Assembly (NCBI GenBank): GCA_002633005.1
Contig: NMRA01000100.1
Location: 618,603 to 659,023, forward strand
Reading direction: 5' to 3'
Origin: Phoronis australis
Taxonomy: Eukaryota > Animalia > Phoronida
DNA: 40,421 nt
Part shown: piece by piece, positions 11,996 to 25,022 of the stretch
How positions within the stretch are numbered: position 1 is the stretch's first letter
Layout: each line of letters starts with the position of its first letter
Translations under genes and position numbers: made by a program
Notes under the pieces: generated by a model
What the model was told of the DNA's origin: nothing
Database searches by the model: none
Seen by the model: the letters and a program-made list of their open reading frames with translations, nothing else

Positions 11996-12151
11996 CAGTG
12001 CTGTAGTGGGGCGTAGGCTCACGTAGGCGCAGCCAACCACCTTTTGGCATTTGAACGTAGCGCCTACGCACCGTAAGTTACGTTCAGTGCTTAAGGTGAT
12101 ACGGTGGGCTTTGAGTGCCTACTTACTTCTAATTTTACCACTACAGCACTG
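11996..12151. mobile_element. hAT-type MITE, 156 bp
   Basis: Perfect 14-bp TIR CAGTGCTGTAGTGG / CCACTACAGCACTG. 8-bp TSD GTCAGTAA / TTCAGTAA with one mismatch. Confidence 0.85.
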
Positions 12152-13285
12152 TTCAGTAATAACCCCGAACTATTAGTGGCAACATTCGTTTATGACAATT
12201 TTAGACACTGTGGACTATGAAAATTAAATCTTTCATTGAAAATTAAACCTTTTCCGTTGTTTGATTGGCAAAAATCGGTTAACAGTGCCTCTTCTGTTGA
12301 TTAGTTAACTGAGAAATAACATACATTGCTGATGATGTTTCTTTGTTGTTTTGTTTTTGCACACATTTCTTTGTTGATATGTCCCAACCTCTATTATGTA
12401 ACGTGCTTCAGGGCAAGGCAGTGGTGCAACTTGACTTGAAATCCACTTAAGGCTGAAAGTCTACAACTTGAAGCCAAAAGAAAAAAATCCATAACAGGCT
12501 TGGCAGCAGGCAAAAATGCTAAGCCAGAAGTCAAAAGCCAAAATATCAACTTTCATTTTTGTCTATGCATAGTCAGATATCTCACTTTTGGCCTTTGTCG
12601 AAACACAAGAGCCCAAGCCTGTTTGAGAGACAGGCCCCTGCTATTTGAGTTTTGTTCTTGATTTGATCAGAGTGGCTTCAAACTTCTATGATGTGATATA
12701 TTCTACTAATCTAAATTGCCCCTAATTATTTCATCAGTTTGTGACATATCCTATGTTCATCTAAATTACCCCCTACCCAATTATTTCATTATTTGTTTGC
12801 CTGTCCCTGTTGTCCTGCTGGTTTTTATGGCCTTATGTTTATTCTAGCTATGAGGTCAGTTTCAGAATAAACTCTACTCTGATTTCAGGACACCTTATAC
12901 TAGAAGCATCAGCTCTCAAACTCTAATTTAAGTTGTTTGTGTAGAACATAAAAATTATGGCATTGTTGCATGACTTCTTGGAAATAAGACACTGGCTGAC
13001 ATTAACTCTGGAAGTATGGGAAATATTTAGGTGGAGGTGGGGTTACTCCACTAAACTTTTGACTGGGGGGTTCAGAAGTAGAAAATTGACTTAAAATAAG
13101 GACTTCGATGAAAAAGTCAGCTTTTCGTAGGGTTTCATTCCTGAAGCTGAAATGTATTGTGTGAGTGAACATGTGTCCAAGCACTAACAACAACCTCCTG
13201 CATCCCTTCCAAAGACCTTTAAGTGTCCCACCTAATTAAATGTTCAACAGACTTAAGTTTTGAATCTGGACATTTTCTTTTCCAG

Positions 13286-13365
13286 CCAATGATTACCTTA
13301 TGGAGGCCATGTGACGGGGAACCCTGGGGGTTGTCGCAGTATCTTAATGATTGACAGTTTCTGAG
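13286..13365 (+). other. Candidate 80-nt non-coding (5'UTR or poison) exon
   Basis: Acceptor CATTTTCTTTTCCAG| and consensus donor GAG|GTGAGT. Stop codons occur in all three frames. Confidence 0.45.
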
Positions 13366-14468
13366 GTGAGTCTTCATACTTTGTTTGATTACAGTGCTGC
13401 TGTCTTTTTGAGTTGTGTCCAGATGGGTACATGTGGCCCAGTATGAAGCGCCAAAGGATTCTTAAATGCCAGTATCCGTCTGTGCATTTAGATGTGATTA
13501 TTCAACAGCACACTTTTGTTTAATCAAGTGGTAGTATTAGTTATTCAATACCTGATATGGTACTAAATGAATACCTTTCAGTGATTATTCCTCTTGAAGA
13601 TTTGCTTAGGCAATGCATACTCTTGCTTATTCAACCTGTACTATTGCTTAATCAGTGCGTGCTTTTAATCATTTCATATTGTCCATGCAATCACATTAGT
13701 GTTCTCTTGTCTCAAAAAGGTAGAAGACTTTCTACCTTCTACCAACATCACAGCTGTAAGATAAAGTAAGCGGTTTAAATTTGGCCAACATCTATGAATC
13801 AGGTTCCTATCACAGTACCCGAAAAACCAAGAATTACTGACTTGCCGTATTCCACGACTCAATTTTTCGTGACCGTTGCTACGTTTGAAAATCAATTGTG
13901 TGAAACGGGAGGTCCCGTGACTTGAATAATCATGTACCTTTAACATTGTACAAAAAATGAACATTTTGATATCCCATAATATTTCTTTTGCCTATAGTTA
14001 TTTGATAATCTTAGCAGTATGTCTCTGTGTAGTTTAGTGTTGGAAAATTATGGATTTTTTCAGGATATGGAAAAATCCCCAATGGAAAATTTCTGAACTA
14101 TTGCTGCCAATTGATAGACTGAAGATATTACATAATACAGTAGTGTAGGAAGCATAGTATAGATCGCATTTTCTGCTAGCAGTTAAATATTTTTTCATCA
14201 TTTTCATTCTCTGAATGCATTGTTGTGTTGAATGAGTTTTCCATGTCATTTAGCATCTTGCCCTTCAATTGGGAATCTTTGATCAATATTCTGGCTTCAT
14301 AATTGACTGGGAACAGTTGAAGGGCTTTGTAAGGGCGCCTTTTGTTTTATTCATGTGTGACATTTTCATAAGAAGATTCACTGCATGATCAAAAAGTTCT
14401 TGTAAAGTGGTGTTGTGGCTGGTATGCGATAGAATAAATGTTTTGATTGGGCTTCGTTTTGTACCATA

Positions 14469-14838
14469 TAGCCAAGCTTAAGTGGGTTCCTTTCCCCTTG
14501 TGCCACTCAGAAAATATATTTGCTACTCAAAACAATCAAAAAAGAATTATGTCCAGTTGTAAAAGTGGAATATTTTTTGCAACAAAAATGAATGCACTTG
14601 AGACAGTACAACTTGGAAAATATTTTCTAACCTGGCACCCATTTTACAGGAGCGAATATAGGATGAGAAAAACTATAAGACTGTGCGTATACATGTCCCT
14701 TGTTCAAAGATCTAATTAGTGTTGTAAGGATTTGATAACTTGTAGCCAACATCGTTGCCGACATATACTATGCTCCGTGCACTGTTGTCCAAAACACTTA
14801 GAAATTGTTTTTAAATTGACCCACTTAAGCTGAAGCTA
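14469..14838. mobile_element. MITE with TAG...CTA termini (Academ- or hAT-like, unresolved)
   Basis: Imperfect ~20-bp TIR TAGCCAAGCTTAAGTGGGT / ACCCACTTAAGCTGAAGCTA. Flanks are ATA / TTA. Confidence 0.55.
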
Positions 14839-14931
14839 TTAAAAGGGCTATTATGAAATAATTGTAAGTTAGAAAATTGAATGTTTTTGAGATTAAATCT
14901 TAAACATGTATATGAAACGAAACGAAATATG

Positions 14932-15281
14932 GTCATGTTGCTGATTGTGGATATGCTAAATTTTATATAAGAGACCTAGTCATGTTACTGATTGTGGATA
15001 TGCTAAATGTTATATAAGAGACCTTGTCATGATACTGATTGTGGATATGCTCAATTTTATATAAGAGACCTTGTCATGATACTGATTGTGGATATGCTAA
15101 ATGTTATATAGAGACCTTGTCATGATACTGATTGTGGATATGCTAAATTTTATATAAGAGACCTTGTCATGTTACTGATTGTGGATATGCTAAATTTTAT
15201 ATAAGAGACCTTGTCATGATACTGATTGTGGATATGCTAAATTTTATATAAGAGACCTTGTCATGTTACTGATTGTGGATA
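14932..15281 (+). repeat. 47-bp minisatellite, ~7.5 units
   Basis: Unit GTCATG(T/A)TACTGATTGTGGATATGCTAAAT(T/G)TTATATAAGAGACCTT, head-to-tail with no spacers. It ends abruptly at the family A left end. Confidence 0.97.
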
Positions 15282-17021
15282 CATGTCGTGCCACTAAAAC
15301 AAGAAACTGTAGGAACACCCCATTTATCCACCTTCACTCTTATCAGGCTTCTATTGTGAGTCAGCATGCGTGAATAATTGGCTGATAAGCCACCTCTGGA
15401 ACTACTTTTGGCTGAATGGATGACCAGGCCATAAAATGATAATTAGCCAAGACCAGTTACTATAATGCAACAAAGAATAATGTCTTGCATCACCTAGCCT
15501 TGGTGGAAAGCTGTATACTGTATTGGCTCAAACAAACGCTTAGAAAAATTCATTTCACGGGGAGGGGACGCTTATTGTAGTGAGCCTACGGCAGTTGAAA
15601 CCCGGTTTCCCAAACGGGTAAAATCGGAAGCTAGGATTCATCAAATTTACGCTCTGTGACGTATTTGTAGCCTATGACAGCCTTTCTACAAAATTGTGGT
15701 GCATTGCTATCAACTTCCGTTGTTAAATTACGATAATTTTTCAAAAAATTGTGCTCATCACAGGGCGAAAACTTGCCGACTGATGCGTCGCTGAATCGCG
15801 ATCGTCAATAGGAAAACTTGTACTCTTGAATAAAAATATAGTTTCGACTCAACAAATTACCTGAAATCTTCCTGATGTTTTACAATTTTTAAAGTTCATG
15901 TGGAGTCCAGATTAATTGCGATTAAGTCCAAATGTGCGCTACATCGTACTCCACAACAAGAGAAAAATCTCTGGATGAACACACATGTTGTTGTCACGTG
16001 ACGTTTGTTTTGAAGGTCGTCTGCGTATGAGAGTGAGTGAGCGTGCGTGTGCGGGTCATCGACGATAGACTTTTTTGTTACAAAAGGCGGAGGATTATGC
16101 AAGAAAATGGCGTTTACTAGATTGTTTTTCACTTAAACGGCTGTAACGTGCAAGGTGAGTGCTGGTTAACTCACAGATTTTGTGTGCACAGGCCGACTGT
16201 CGTTAGCTCTGCCGTGGAGTATTAATAGTCCAAGGCTCGATCTACATGTTGGGGACGAAATGAACTACCCGGGCTGTGTGAAATTTCTGGGTCTAACGGA
16301 GACACTGATGCAGTGGTCAGTCAGATTGCTGTATCAAGACTATAGTCAAAATCCAAACTCGTTTTATCGTGTCCCTGTCAATAATAACGGCATGTTAAAG
16401 CCTTCTTAATTTTCGTACTTCAGGAACATAACAATCACGTGTTTTGTACACATACGCGCACGCCGCAGGTCACATCTCGGAAATTGCCGATTTGACGGAT
16501 GACAATGAATGAGCACAATGAAATTAAACAACGTCGTTTTACAGCTTGTAAGATTCATAATAAACGTATTTTGAATATTGCAATGCATGTGTTCCAAAAT
16601 CTAAATAACTTGGGTCCTATATTTTTGTATTCATGCATGCCGATTGAAAGTAATCGTGAGTGTTGCTGTGTTGCAAAATCTCTTATCCTGGGCCGATTTG
16701 AAAAATTCAAAGTTGTACTCATATTTGTTTTCGATCCTCTTTTCAAATATTACAGTAAAAACTACTTGCAACTCTCTCCATAAAAAGTACAGTCTGCTAG
16801 GTAGATTGTAATCAGCTGATCATATCCGCATGAGCGAAGCCAATTATCCTCGCTCGTGACTCGATGAATAGAGCAGCTTGGTGGCATCCCTTTGATTGTG
16901 AGCCGAGCGTGACTCAGCCAAGGTGGATAAATACGGTCTAGTTCAATTTTCCATACCCCACCGTTTACCTTGACGAGCGGGGTTAGGACCAATCTTATTT
17001 AGTGGGACTGTTCATAGCATG
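15282..17021 (+). mobile_element. Family A element with both ends, carrying a nested family B fragment
   Basis: Left end CATGTCGTG(7-nt deletion)CCACTAAAACAAG matches 26932-27165. Right end matches 1-404. Flanks are TA|CATG...CATG|TA. Confidence 0.8.
15518..16300 (+). mobile_element. Tc2/pogo-like non-autonomous element (family B), 3'-truncated, nested in family A
   Basis: Starts TA|CTGTATTGGCTCAAACAAACGC. Body is homologous to 17490-18160 and to the reverse complements of 26426-26931 and 36790-37204. Confidence 0.65.
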
Positions 17022-17489
17022 TAATATGAAAACCTAGCCTTTGATTAATTGGCCACTCTTTACTAATTAAAACGAGCCCAGTCAGTTTGTTTGTTAATCA
17101 GATTAGGGCTTGAGATTGACAACTAGCACTTCATTATTGTTTGAAGCTATCACAACATGAGCAGCTCAGTCTTTTAGGTTATGTGTAATCTTATTTCACA
17201 AAAATGCTATTTTTAGAAATATAGGCTGCTGTACATTTATCAAAATATGTGAGGGTTTCCAATGAATTTAATTTCAGCAAATAGTTGTATTCTAGTGAAT
17301 ACACCACCTTTTGGCAGTCACCAATATTCACGGATTGTTTCCATGCAACACTTCAATCAAACAAAATCTCCCTCTAATGTCTTCCCACTATGCAAAGTCC
17401 TATTGTTTGTCACTCGATATGCTCTGAGGAGTGAATCGGCTGTCAGTTGTACCATTTAAGGCACTGAACATATTTATTGTTGTAACATA

Positions 17490-18597
17490 GGCAGTTGAAA
17501 CCCGCCTCCTGTTCAGTAATTCTAGGACCCCTCTAAAAACCAAGACTTCGCAACATTACAAGAGATATTGTCATATATATATTTTAAATGAGAACAGGTT
17601 ACTTTGGCTAGATTTTTGCTAGGTCCTAGCGTAGGTCTTACCGTTAGTGAACGCACACTTGGTCTCCGAAACGCACTCGGTGATATCGGAAGTTAAGATT
17701 CATCAAATTTACGCTTTGTGACGTATCTGTAACCTCATGACAGACTTTCTACAAAATTGTGGTGTATTGCTAACAAACTTCGTTGTTAAATTACAATCAT
17801 TTTACAAAAAATTATGCTGAAATTTCAGGGCAAAAACTCGCCGAAGCATCACTGCCTGATGGTCATCGATATGGCAGATTGAATAAAAATAATGTTGTGA
17901 CTCAACAAATTACCTGAAATCCTCACTTAAATTTTCCAAGTAGCATCCCTAAGATTTTCAAGTTCCTGTGGAGTCGGATTAACAGGATGTTTAGTCCAAA
18001 ACTGCACAAGATGGTACCCAGCAATGCAAGAAAAGACTGTGGATGAACACGCATGTTGTTGTCTTGTGACTTTGTTTTAAAGTTCGTCTGCCAATTTCTG
18101 TGAAAAAGATTTTAAGATGTGTCATTAACATTTTAAGAACAACGAGTGCGTGCTTGTCATCAGTGTTCAATTTAACGATCTAGGTGTGCATTGTAACTAA
18201 AGAAATTAACACAAGGTGTAACACAGAACTTGTTTTATTTAGCACTTGCTGGTTTACTATTAAAACATGCGAGAATTGTCTCGGTAAGGCTGATATATAC
18301 TTATGTCATTGAGTTGCGGGTGACTGGATGCAGGACAGTTTGACAATTATTTTCTGTGGATGCGAGACAGCGGAGGTGTTCACTGTAAGTGGGACATTTC
18401 ATTTAAAACAACCAATTATGAATAACCTAAAAAATTGACTAATAAAAATAACGCAACAGTTTTTACAACATTAGAAACCTTCGGAAATTAGTGCTTATAT
18501 TTATTTCTTACCGATGGTATGCTAGCTGTAACAGTTCCTGATCACTAATGACTGCAATGACAGGTGACAGGTATGTAGCATGCACTTCCTGGCTTTT
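17490..18597 (+). mobile_element. Family B copy, diverged
   Basis: Shares GATTCATCAAATTTACGCT.TGTGACGTAT and CTCAACAAATTACCTGAAATC with 15590-16060. Its 3' half (TAACGATCTAGGTGT...) matches 36082-36470. Confidence 0.75.
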
Positions 18598-18740
18598 AAA
18601 AACAATTTTTTTATTTGTGAGACAGTCGTGAGCTGAATGGCAGACTTTGAGTATCAGTCTTCGATTCGTGGTTTCTCATGTACAAAGAAATTTGGAATTC
18701 TGTTGAGGGAGAACTTGGAAACTGTACGGGAAAGATTCAA

Positions 18741-18970
18741 TCCCGTTGGCACATGATGGCGTTCTCCCGTTCAGTGATTTTACCAGACGTAGAGGGTTGT
18801 GAGCATGTGATAACATCTAGCTTCTTTGTTAACTGCCAAGCATAGTTTTTTGTCTGGTATGACAACAGGCAGGCTTTGCTTATTGCAGACCAGGTGTTAA
18901 CAAAATCAAACCCAGAGCAAATCGGTATGTTCGGAGAGACTAGATAGTAGCTTCGGTTGTAGTTGAGCGA
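18741..18970 (+). repeat. Dispersed ~230-bp repeat (family C), copy 1
   Basis: Colinear with 33561-33803, for example AGAGGGTTGTGAGCATGTGA, ATCTAGCTTCTTTGTTAACTGCCAAGCA and TGTCTGGTATGACAACAGGCAGGC. Confidence 0.85.
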
Positions 18971-19109
18971 ATGTGTCTTAATGTATATTTTATCAGGGGA
19001 AACTGTGTACTGGAAATTTTTTTATTGAGCTACAGATTCCCCTTTTATAGTTTTCCACGACTGAATGGTTGCCTTGTGCAACCCCAAATCACTGTAATAC
19101 AGACATTGA

Positions 19110-20312
19110 TTTTACTTGGCGAAATAAATTTTGTCAAGGAAGTTGCTTTGCTGTCAAGCTTTTTTTGTTCGCACTCTACAGGTCGCATTTTTTGTCTAAT
19201 ATTTACGAAATTTTCACACACCTAATAATGTAGTCCCGGAAGTACAGTGGAAGCCTATTGTCTTTGGTTATGATCGGATTCAAGGTGGCGGATATGGTGG
19301 CCGTTTTGTTTCCGATTTCTGAGTCAGTTGCTCATAGAGGCAGCAATTTTTGACGTATCGGGCTAAAAATCGACACAAACAGAACTACAGTACTACTATT
19401 ATGCAAGAAATCACTCATTTCCAGTCAAAGATGGCGGAAATATCAGCAATTATGCGTGTGCACCTCAATTTCGGGCAAAAAAACGTTTTCTCCTGTAGAG
19501 GGCGCATTATGAAACCAATTGCTTCGAAATTTTTCACCCTATTAATTTTCTATGACTAGCTATCATTCAATGTTAAAAAAACGGAAGTTGTTTCCAAGAT
19601 GGCTGTTGTGGCGCATGTTAACTCATTTTCAGTCGTGCTAATGTCCCATTTTAAACGGAAAGAGAAAATGGCGTGAATTTTTGCATGTTGATTTTCTGAG
19701 GTATATTCTTTCAAGTGAACTGTAACAATTTTTTCTCAGACTTACTGTTTTTGAGTTATTTGACTTTGACTCTCAAAAAAATGCAAAATTTCAAATTTTT
19801 TAAAACTTTCAAAAATTTTTGCGGAGCTATGTTTTAGATAGAGTTTTGAACAGGCTTTCAGAAGATGTTTTCCATTTTTTGATATGGACATCTACTTTTT
19901 GAATTATTTGAGATTTTCTGAAAACGTTCCTTTATTGACCAATTTTGCTGCGCTGTTGTTAATTTACTGGCTACTGTACAAGATTGTAGCCTATTTCATA
20001 CCGATTTCTGACATCTATGTTCGTCATATGAATGTTATATTGTTCATCATCGCCACCATCATCATTATATTCGTCATTTTTGTCATCATCTCCATCGTCA
20101 TCTTTTCAGTTAATTCTGCCACGTGTCACTCAAGACTGGCCTATTTATTGATTTCTCCCGTCTTTGCTAGTCACATGACTGTTACAGTGTTGTTCATAAT
20201 CGCCACCTTCATTGTTGTAATCATCATCAACGTCATCATGTTAATCGTCATCTTTGTATCAGTCAATTTCGCCATTAAGTGTCGCTTCTCGGAGCGCTTT
20301 CATTTCAGTATT
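19110..20312 (+). mobile_element. Helentron-associated (HINE/DINE-1-like) non-autonomous element
   Basis: 5' subTIR ACTTGGCGAAAT (19114-19125) with an adjacent inverted copy. 3' subTIR ATTTCGCCA(TTA)AGT (20266-20280) followed by a CGCTTC-TC-GGAGCG stem-loop. T-rich flanks, internal (C)AAGATGGC motifs and a duplicated ~150-bp CAT-rich unit. Confidence 0.6.
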
Positions 20313-21368
20313 AGCCAAATTTACATATTGTAATAAATGGTCACAAATAACAGTGTTTATAACTGTCAAACCAGAGTTAAATGTTTTGAATTTGCATTCA
20401 TAGCGTTACTAAGTTGACTCTATGCATTGCCTTCAGTTCAGAAAGTGCCCTTAAGAACCCACAAATGACTTCATGTTTTTACATGTCCCTTAATGAAACT
20501 GTATCTCAGTTTATTCTGTCACTGGGACTCTTATTAGACATTGCAAACTTGTTGCGCTCCAAACTGTTGGATGTCATTGCTTATGAGATAATTGCTTTGG
20601 CTCCTAAGCAATTTAGATCAGTCATTAGAAGCTTGGCTGGTGGGTACTAAAACTGGGCAGTTTTGGAAGTGTGCTTGGCTTCTGAAATAACATTCTTTGT
20701 AAAAAGTCAAGTTTATCTGAAGGGATACGATAAAAATTGGCCAAAATAGATGCCTTAGATTTCGGTTCCCTGGTACCAGTTAATTAATGATTTCAGTAAG
20801 TGGTTGAATTGTGGTAGATAATTGGCCTGCAGGTTTTGATGCCAGCTCATTGATATTTGGACTAGCCTCAATTTAGAAACCAATGTTGTCTGAAGTTGAA
20901 ACCAAATGAGACTTTTTTGTAATGATTGATGATGCCATGGGTTGTGTACAGCTGTGTTGTTGTTATCTACTGACAAAGATTACAACTAAGATACAGTACT
21001 GGTGTCAGAAGCCTGCCCATTGTTAAGGTATCCCAGTGAGTCAAACAAGCTAAACATGTAGAGGTTAATGTTCTATTGTCAAACCCAGTCAGAGCTACTC
21101 TGGATCAAATACAGTTATTGCCTTTTTTTAAATTAACAGAAGGCTGTCACATTTTGTTATGATGGAGAATTTACTAATTGATAAACAAAGTAAGCTAACA
21201 TACAAAATTTGGTCTGTTATTGATTTTGTTGTTTTGCCAAAGTGATGTGATCTAATTGGTGACAAATTGCATAAAACCAAGTCAACTTATACGGAATTTT
21301 TGCTTTCAGAAAATATCTACTTTTGCTGTGTTATGTAGGTTTGGCTAATTGTACGCACTTAATATCAA

Positions 21369-22024
21369 TAAGGTCCTACATTATAAACCTTATGGTGATC
21401 TCAAACCGTATTTCAAGTGGCCTCTATTCTAACTGGCATATCAAAAAATCAGCCAACTAGTAAAAAGGCATATTTTCCGAAAGAAAAAAGGTCAGGCATT
21501 ATAAAATATATTTTATACTTATGTGCCATTATTATTCACATTAACACCCTTTTAAGTCAAAATTTCAGTTTTAAGAAGGAACATTCATAGAAAAATCATA
21601 GCTCGGTCGGTTTTAATGAAACCTTTTTTAAATGAAAACTTCACCAGTTACCACAAAAACTGTTAGGAATTTTCAATTTGTCTCTTAGTTTGGCTTCTAT
21701 GACAAATCAACTTACCAAACGTAAGACATTTTTGTTAAAAATAGCAGTCGTATTCATCTTTGTTACGTTACGCAAAAACTAGGCCTTTATATCGAAAATC
21801 CTAACACCATTTTTGAGACTGGTGAATAAATATTAAGCTTGGAAAGTTCCAGCAAACTGTACCGAGCCATTTGTGAGAACTTGTGTTCCAAAGTTTAAAT
21901 TAAGTTGATTTTGCTGATGCGGTGAAAAAGCCGATTAAGTCAGTGAGCAGTGAAAGTCTCAAGGTCTTCAGTTAATTATTCTGTGAAAACTTATTTTCGG
22001 TCAATACAACCTATAGGTGCCTTA
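21369..22024. mobile_element. Degenerate foldback MITE (TAAGG...CCTTA ends, Kolobok-like)
   Basis: Internal inverted arms at about 21598-21692 and 21775-21871 (GCTCGGT/ACCGAGC, TTCACCAGT/ACTGGTGAA, TGTTAGGA/TCCTAACA). Confidence 0.45.
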
Positions 22025-24288
22025 GCCATGTTCGCTATGTCAACATTGTCTTGCAATGTCAACTGAACTTGCAGTGCGTAATTAACTTAATTATCACTAA
22101 AGCCTTTTAACTTTGTATTTGTGGTTTCATATACCACCTGCTAGCCAAGTTAGAAGGCGGAGCCAACAGTAAGTAGGCCAACAGTTCATTGTATACACAC
22201 CACGTGTCGGGGAGAATAATATCAAGAAACCAAGTACGAAATGGACAATAGAAATTAAGCCGGTGGGTAAAGCGCGTCGTGAGCATGACATTGAAAAAGT
22301 GAAATTTCAAGTTACCAATCAGAAGAATGAATGTTGGGGAAGGTTTATCTTTTTTAACAACTTGCTGTGTTTGTAAACACTAAGTCACGAAGGCAGTTCA
22401 GCGACTCGGATTCGGTGCATTCATTTTCAACAGTCGTATGCATGCAGACTCACAACTCCCTCAAGATAAAAACTTTTATCTTCGTTTTCCATGGGATCTT
22501 TTTATGCTATGTACACACTGTTGACTCAACATGATGTCCACTCCATGAATGAGGGGATTGAGGGTACATACGGAACTGCTCGATGCCTCTCGCCAGGACA
22601 TTCAATTTGAGTAACAGCCCTGAAACCTTTGACCTCTGATAAGGAGTAAATAAGTTTCCACACTGTCGAAGGTGGTTGTACAGTATATATTTCACATTTG
22701 AAGTTCTCTGAGAATGAAGTTAAGGTATTTTGCTACACATGTATGATGAAATATTGTAAAAAAACAGCCAATTTTTGTGAATAAGATTTGAGATATCGTT
22801 AACATTTAAGTCCTGATAGCATTTTGGAAAACACTGAAGTAAGATTGATAAAACATAGGTCCGGTGTTCTCACCAGCAAAAACGCCAGTGAAGGGTGCTA
22901 CTTAAAGTATCACTTTTAATGCTGGAGGATTGAGTTACCCCAACACTGCTGGTGTTTACCCAACCCCTTTGTAGCAAGAACACTTACTTCAAATGACACA
23001 CTGTTGAGGGGGGCAAGAGGACTTTGTTTATGTTGCATTAATCACATTTTGGCTGAGAACATGTTTTGGCATCAAATTGCCCTTAAAAGCGGAACTGAAA
23101 TGCTAACTGATGAGGAACATAACTCCTTGATGAGCGGCTCTCTGTCTGGCTAAATGCTAGCGAGTGAGTGTTTTAGCTAGTCAGTAATTCCGTAAGCGCG
23201 TTTCCGCTACTCTTGTGAGCATAGTATCTGAAAGTTTCATTTGAATCCAATGAGCTATTTCTTAGATATTACTGAGTCAAATTTGGACATTTCTCTTTGG
23301 ATGCTATGTATGAAGCTGTAATTCACCAATGAGTGAGTCTTAGTGAATCTATGATTATGCCTTTGTCGTTCCTCAGAATAAGAACTTGAGGGTGGCTGAA
23401 AATGCAGAAATCCATTGTTATACTTGTAATTCCCTACAGGGATTGTAAGTAGGAATTAATAGCCTTTGGGCTGTGCTGTGTGTTTGGTGATAATTGTCTT
23501 GTTGAAGGTAGGTCAGTTGGCAAGTCCCCCAGGAGTAGCTGGCTTGTTGAAGATTAAAATGATGAATGAATTGGATGAACAGATGAAATGCTGATCATCC
23601 ACAAGGTTATGCCATACACAGACTTGGCTCATTGGATTTGCTGCCTAAAGGCAATAGGATTTTTATCACTTACAATGTCGCCAGAAAAAAAATCAAAGCA
23701 AATGCTCTGCTAGATCGCAAGAGCTCGACAACTGTTAGAACTATCAAACATAGTGGATCGAAAGACATTTTGTTATACCATGTTCTCTTGATGTCAATTT
23801 TTTGTCGTGACCAAGGTCAAAATCAAGATAAGATTTTTGGTATGACTGAAATTGAATGAATGCTTGAGCTTGACAAAACATTATGATTATGCGTTATCTG
23901 TGGCATTTGCTAGTCTCTTTGTTGCAATGATTTGATATGTCCTCAACATTGTCGCTAAAAATTATTGAAAAGAAATAGATTGCAAGTCAGCAAAATTGAT
24001 TCGGTGACGGATCTCACTAATTTTTTTTAATTTCTTGTAAATGAGGTGATGTCCTCTTAGCTACACACAAATCTTTGTGTAGTATTTCTAAATTTTTTGA
24101 AAAAGTCACATTAACTGGACATTTCAGCCACACACAAATCTTTGTCTGGTAGTGAAGAGCAGTGCCATCTGATGTTCCCTAGAGAAACAGACTCACTTCC
24201 ACGTTTTGATCCAGTGTTGTATCACCTATCATAGTGATCAAACAGTTAGCGCTCTTGATAGCATCACTCAAAAATCAATTCAGTGTTG

Positions 24289-24525
24289 CATGCACGCACC
24301 CAGCCTTTAATGTGGGGAGTTCGAATTTCTGACGTTGTGGACCTTTTGCTGACAAAAAAATCGGGGGGACTGAAAAAAATGGGGTACCACACTACGCCTT
24401 TTTAGTGGACTTCTGTCTCGTTTTCTCAGACTTTTGGTACTGCTCTGACGCAGACCTTTTCGCTCACTTCTTCAAATGGGGGGGCTCATTCGAGCCCCCC
24501 GAGAACCCCCCTGGGTGCGAGCATG
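24289..24525. mobile_element. MITE, 237 bp
   Basis: 15-bp TIR CATGCACGCACCCAG / CTGGGTGCGAGCATG with one mismatch, and G/C-run subterminal regions. TSD not clear. Confidence 0.7.
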
Positions 24526-25022
24526 AGTTGAGCCTTAAATCATAACCAGTCTCCTATCAAAGGATTCTGAAAAAAATTCTGATTTCCATGGCTGTAAGTT
24601 CCTGATCCTATTATTTGATTATTGTGATAACTGCATTCACGAAGCCCCTGTGAGTTGACTTCTCGGTCATGACAAAAATGGTACCATCTGTGGTGACCTG
24701 TATTCAGTAGACATATGACATTAGCTGTGATTTGCTTCATATCATACTTCAAAGGTAGCTTATCAGATTAACACCAGTAATGTGTGTTAGTTTGATGAGG
24801 TACCCTACTTCACGTGTCATCCCTTTTGTTACTACCTGTGCTGATGTAAAAAGTGATGTATTCTCCTCTTCCAAGCTGCTGACTCTTATCAGTTTCAGCA
24901 GGTACATCTTGGGAAAATAAACGTTTCTTTAGTATGATATTCAATTAGAAATAAAATCTGTTGCCTTTTGTTTCTACGCGTATTTTATATGGCAAAATAT
25001 AAGGGGATTTTTTCTGCATTTT

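Noticed and set aside
14932-15281. CRISPR-like array
   Set aside because: Units are contiguous with no unique spacers, there are no cas genes, and the context is eukaryotic. It is a minisatellite.
15282-17021. Classifying family A as a standard P-element MITE
   Set aside because: CATG ends and subterminal repeats fit, but no 7-8-bp TSD is present at any of the three two-ended copies, so it is left unclassified.
19884-20333. 149-aa multi-TM protein ORF
   Set aside because: The hydrophobicity comes from T-rich and (CAT)n low-complexity sequence within a repeat element.
23108-23135. CTGATGA followed by a GGA/TCC stem as another hammerhead
   Set aside because: No GAAA after the stem and no stems I or III.
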